NCBI GenBank assembly: GCA_963803975.1
Contig: CAWDOY010000001.1
Location: 64,001-128,000 of the forward strand
DNA length: 64,000 bases
Source of the DNA: an uncultured delta proteobacterium
Lineage (GTDB): Bacteria; Desulfobacterota; WTBG01; CAIYCZ01
Reading direction: 5' to 3'
Shown here: piece by piece, positions 62,135 through 64,000 of the stretch
Layout: every line of letters begins with the position of its first letter
Position numbering within the stretch: position 1 is the stretch's first letter
Position numbers and translations under genes: made by a program
The notes under the pieces: generated by a model
Seen by the model: only the letters and a program-made list of their open reading frames with translations
Databases searched by the model: none
What the model was told of the DNA's origin: nothing

Positions 62135-63235
62135 TTAGAAGTCCCAAACGTCCCCGTAGCGGAGCTCGTTATTGGCCAGCATCTCGGGTATCATGGCCTC
62201 GATCTCGGCGTCAGAATGTCCCCTCAAACTCACCAAGCGCGGGGACCAGCTCAGGGTAGCCTTGTAGAGGCCGGACGCACGGCATGTATCCACGTAGCGC
62301 ATAAGGCTTGTTTCACTGGTATCACCGTCCCGCACTGCAACGGCGGCGGCCTCACCGGCGTGACGGCCAGAGACAATCCCGTGGGTAATGCTGGTGAAAC
62401 CGGCGGCGTCACCCACCAGTATCAGGCTGGACTTAACGGGCCTCTCCAGTTTGACACTGGCCGCGGAACCCACCATGTTGCCGAAGATCTGAACCGGACG
62501 CGCGTCCTTGAATTTACGCCCGGCGAAGGAGTCGCCGCTCAAGAGCTGATGGTACCCCTTCATACTCCCGAAGCCCATGAGCCCCGAATGCTGATTTTTG
62601 GTCCAGAGGACGCTGATGCCCATCTCGAAAGCCGCGCCCAGGTAGGTCTCGATCACGCCGGGATCGAGGTCGCGAATGCCCACCAGATCCACCAGGAAGC
62701 CGCCGAAAGAGGTCTCGCCGGGCTGGGTGAGCCCTTCCTGCTTGGGGATTCCGGAAAGTCTGCCCTTGGTGCCTGAAGCGGCGATCACCACCTGGCCGTG
62801 CACCACCGGCATATCGCCTGAGGCCGTGGTCACGCCCCGGATACGGTCCTTCTCTTTATAGAGGCCGGTGACCCGTGTATTCAAAACGATCTCGGCTCCG
62901 GCCAGTGCTGCCTGCCGCGCAAGCTCCCGGTCAAACTCGTCACGTTGCACCTGGTAGACGCTGCCGGGCGGCAGCGCTGTCTCCTTGATTACCCTGCCGG
63001 AGGGCGCGAAATAGCGGCGGCTCCGGTATTCGCAGACGATGACACGCGGGTCCAGGTCCTCGAGGATTTCCCGCGTGAAGCTGGAGCTATGGAGCCTGCC
63101 GGGGCAGTGTCGCGGGGCCCCGATGACCGGGTGCTCCTCGATCATTATAACACTGGCACCTTGCCGACTCGCTGCTTTGGCCGCGGCGCAGCCCGCTGGC
63201 CCGGCACCGACCACGATAACGTCATATTCTTTCAT
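62135..63235 (-). CDS. Geranylgeranyl-reductase-family flavoprotein
   Basis: YDVIVVGAGPAG, R..FDRELA..A..AGA, LVGDAAG, GI.SG..A. Confidence 0.85.
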   Translation of the reverse strand: MKEYDVIVVGAGPAGCAAAKAASRQGASVIMIEEHPVIGAPRHCPGRLHSSSFTREILEDLDPRVIVCEYRSRRYFAPSGRVIKETALPPGSVYQVQRDEFDRELARQAALAGAEIVLNTRVTGLYKEKDRIRGVTTASGDMPVVHGQVVIAASGTKGRLSGIPKQEGLTQPGETSFGGFLVDLVGIRDLDPGVIETYLGAAFEMGISVLWTKNQHSGLMGFGSMKGYHQLLSGDSFAGRKFKDARPVQIFGNMVGSAASVKLERPVKSSLILVGDAAGFTSITHGIVSGRHAGEAAAVAVRDGDTSETSLMRYVDTCRASGLYKATLSWSPRLVSLRGHSDAEIEAMIPEMLANNELRYGDVWDF

Positions 63236-63380
63236 TGCTACACCCCTTCTGGTTTTACAACTCCTGGTCCCAATTGATAATTATTGATATTGATCTGGAC
63301 TGCACCCCATTAATTGTTTTTTATGATCAGCCGGTACTATCGATTCAAACTCCTCCGGGGCAATAAAAAATCAAATTGGT

Positions 63381-64000
63381 TTAAATATTAAGGTGCCAGT
63401 AAAAAAGTATGATTGACGTGGCAATCGCTGCGTTGAGGGATTCTATCTCTCCGCTTATGGGGATAGAAATTGAGCTGGCTTTCAGAGCTTCCGGGATTCC
63501 CTGCCCTTCGAGTCCGGGCAGCAGAATGAATTTCGCAGGGAAGTGAAAAGACTCTATTGGCGTTCCCGCCATATCAAGAGCGATAATATTCAGCTTGCGC
63601 TGGTCACAAATTGTTTTCAGTTCATTGATAGACGGGCCTCTGCATAAATGAGCATTATACGACCTCTGTTCCCCCTCCTCTTTAATCTCCTCCCGCCAGG
63701 GGAGGGAGAGAACAGTTCCCTCTCCCTTGTTGCAGATATTGCTTGCGATGATGGGAGCGGGGCAGGGTGAGGGTGTATAAATCTAAAGACTGCTCCGGCT
63801 GATGCCCTGATGCTTCTGGGGTGAAAGGGATGTGCCGCCTCTTTGAGCATGATGATTTTTCTTACGCCGAACCCGGCGGCAGAGCGAATGACCGCGCCAA
63901 CATTCACCGGGTCCTGAAACGGAATTAATAGATTGCAGCCTTCTGCAAGGCCGTAATCCCATTCAGGCAGGTCCGGAATTTGAATGACGAGCAGCGGGGC
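63381..64000 (-). pseudogene. TrmH/SpoU RNA methyltransferase (5' end beyond window) interrupted by a 126-bp insertion
   Basis: FQDPVNVGAVIRSA..FG, RASAGAVF, G.EG.G, IPISG.IESLNAAIA; frame restored by removing 63658-63785. Confidence 0.85.
63658..63783. mobile_element. 126-bp REP-doublet-like insertion with TA duplication
   Basis: Flanked by TA at 63656-57 and 63784-85; contains CCCTCTCCC..GGGAGCGGGGCAGGGTGAGGG and CCTCCCGCCAGGGGAGGG palindromic units. Confidence 0.8.

Overview
Bacterial chromosomal segment whose gene content suggests a deltaproteobacterial (Desulfobacterota-like) anaerobe; this is an inference, not a database assignment. Housekeeping genes (adk, udk, plsC, trpF, secA, a PLP aminotransferase, a TrmH-family methyltransferase) alternate with accessory blocks. 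These include toxin-antitoxin modules and remnants, an FAD-oxidoreductase/CCG Fe-S pair, a GH94 phosphorylase fused to a large membrane domain next to opgG, a 4.4 kb insert bracketed by diverged direct repeats, a broken MmeI-like restriction-modification gene, a TPR-MglA-TPR-DUF4388-AAA-pilin cluster, and a large repetitive surface protein behind a structured leader. Many genes carry single-base indels, mostly +1 insertions, so part of the apparent pseudogenisation is probably sequencing or consensus error. Several small non-autonomous repeat elements are present, and one interrupts trmH with a TA duplication. I found no rRNA, tRNA or CRISPR array. The best candidates for undescribed biology are the membrane-GH94/OpgG glucan module, the MglB-less MglA(G21S) polarity/pilus cluster, the 8-Cys insertion in SecA, and the attenuator-like leader of the surface protein.
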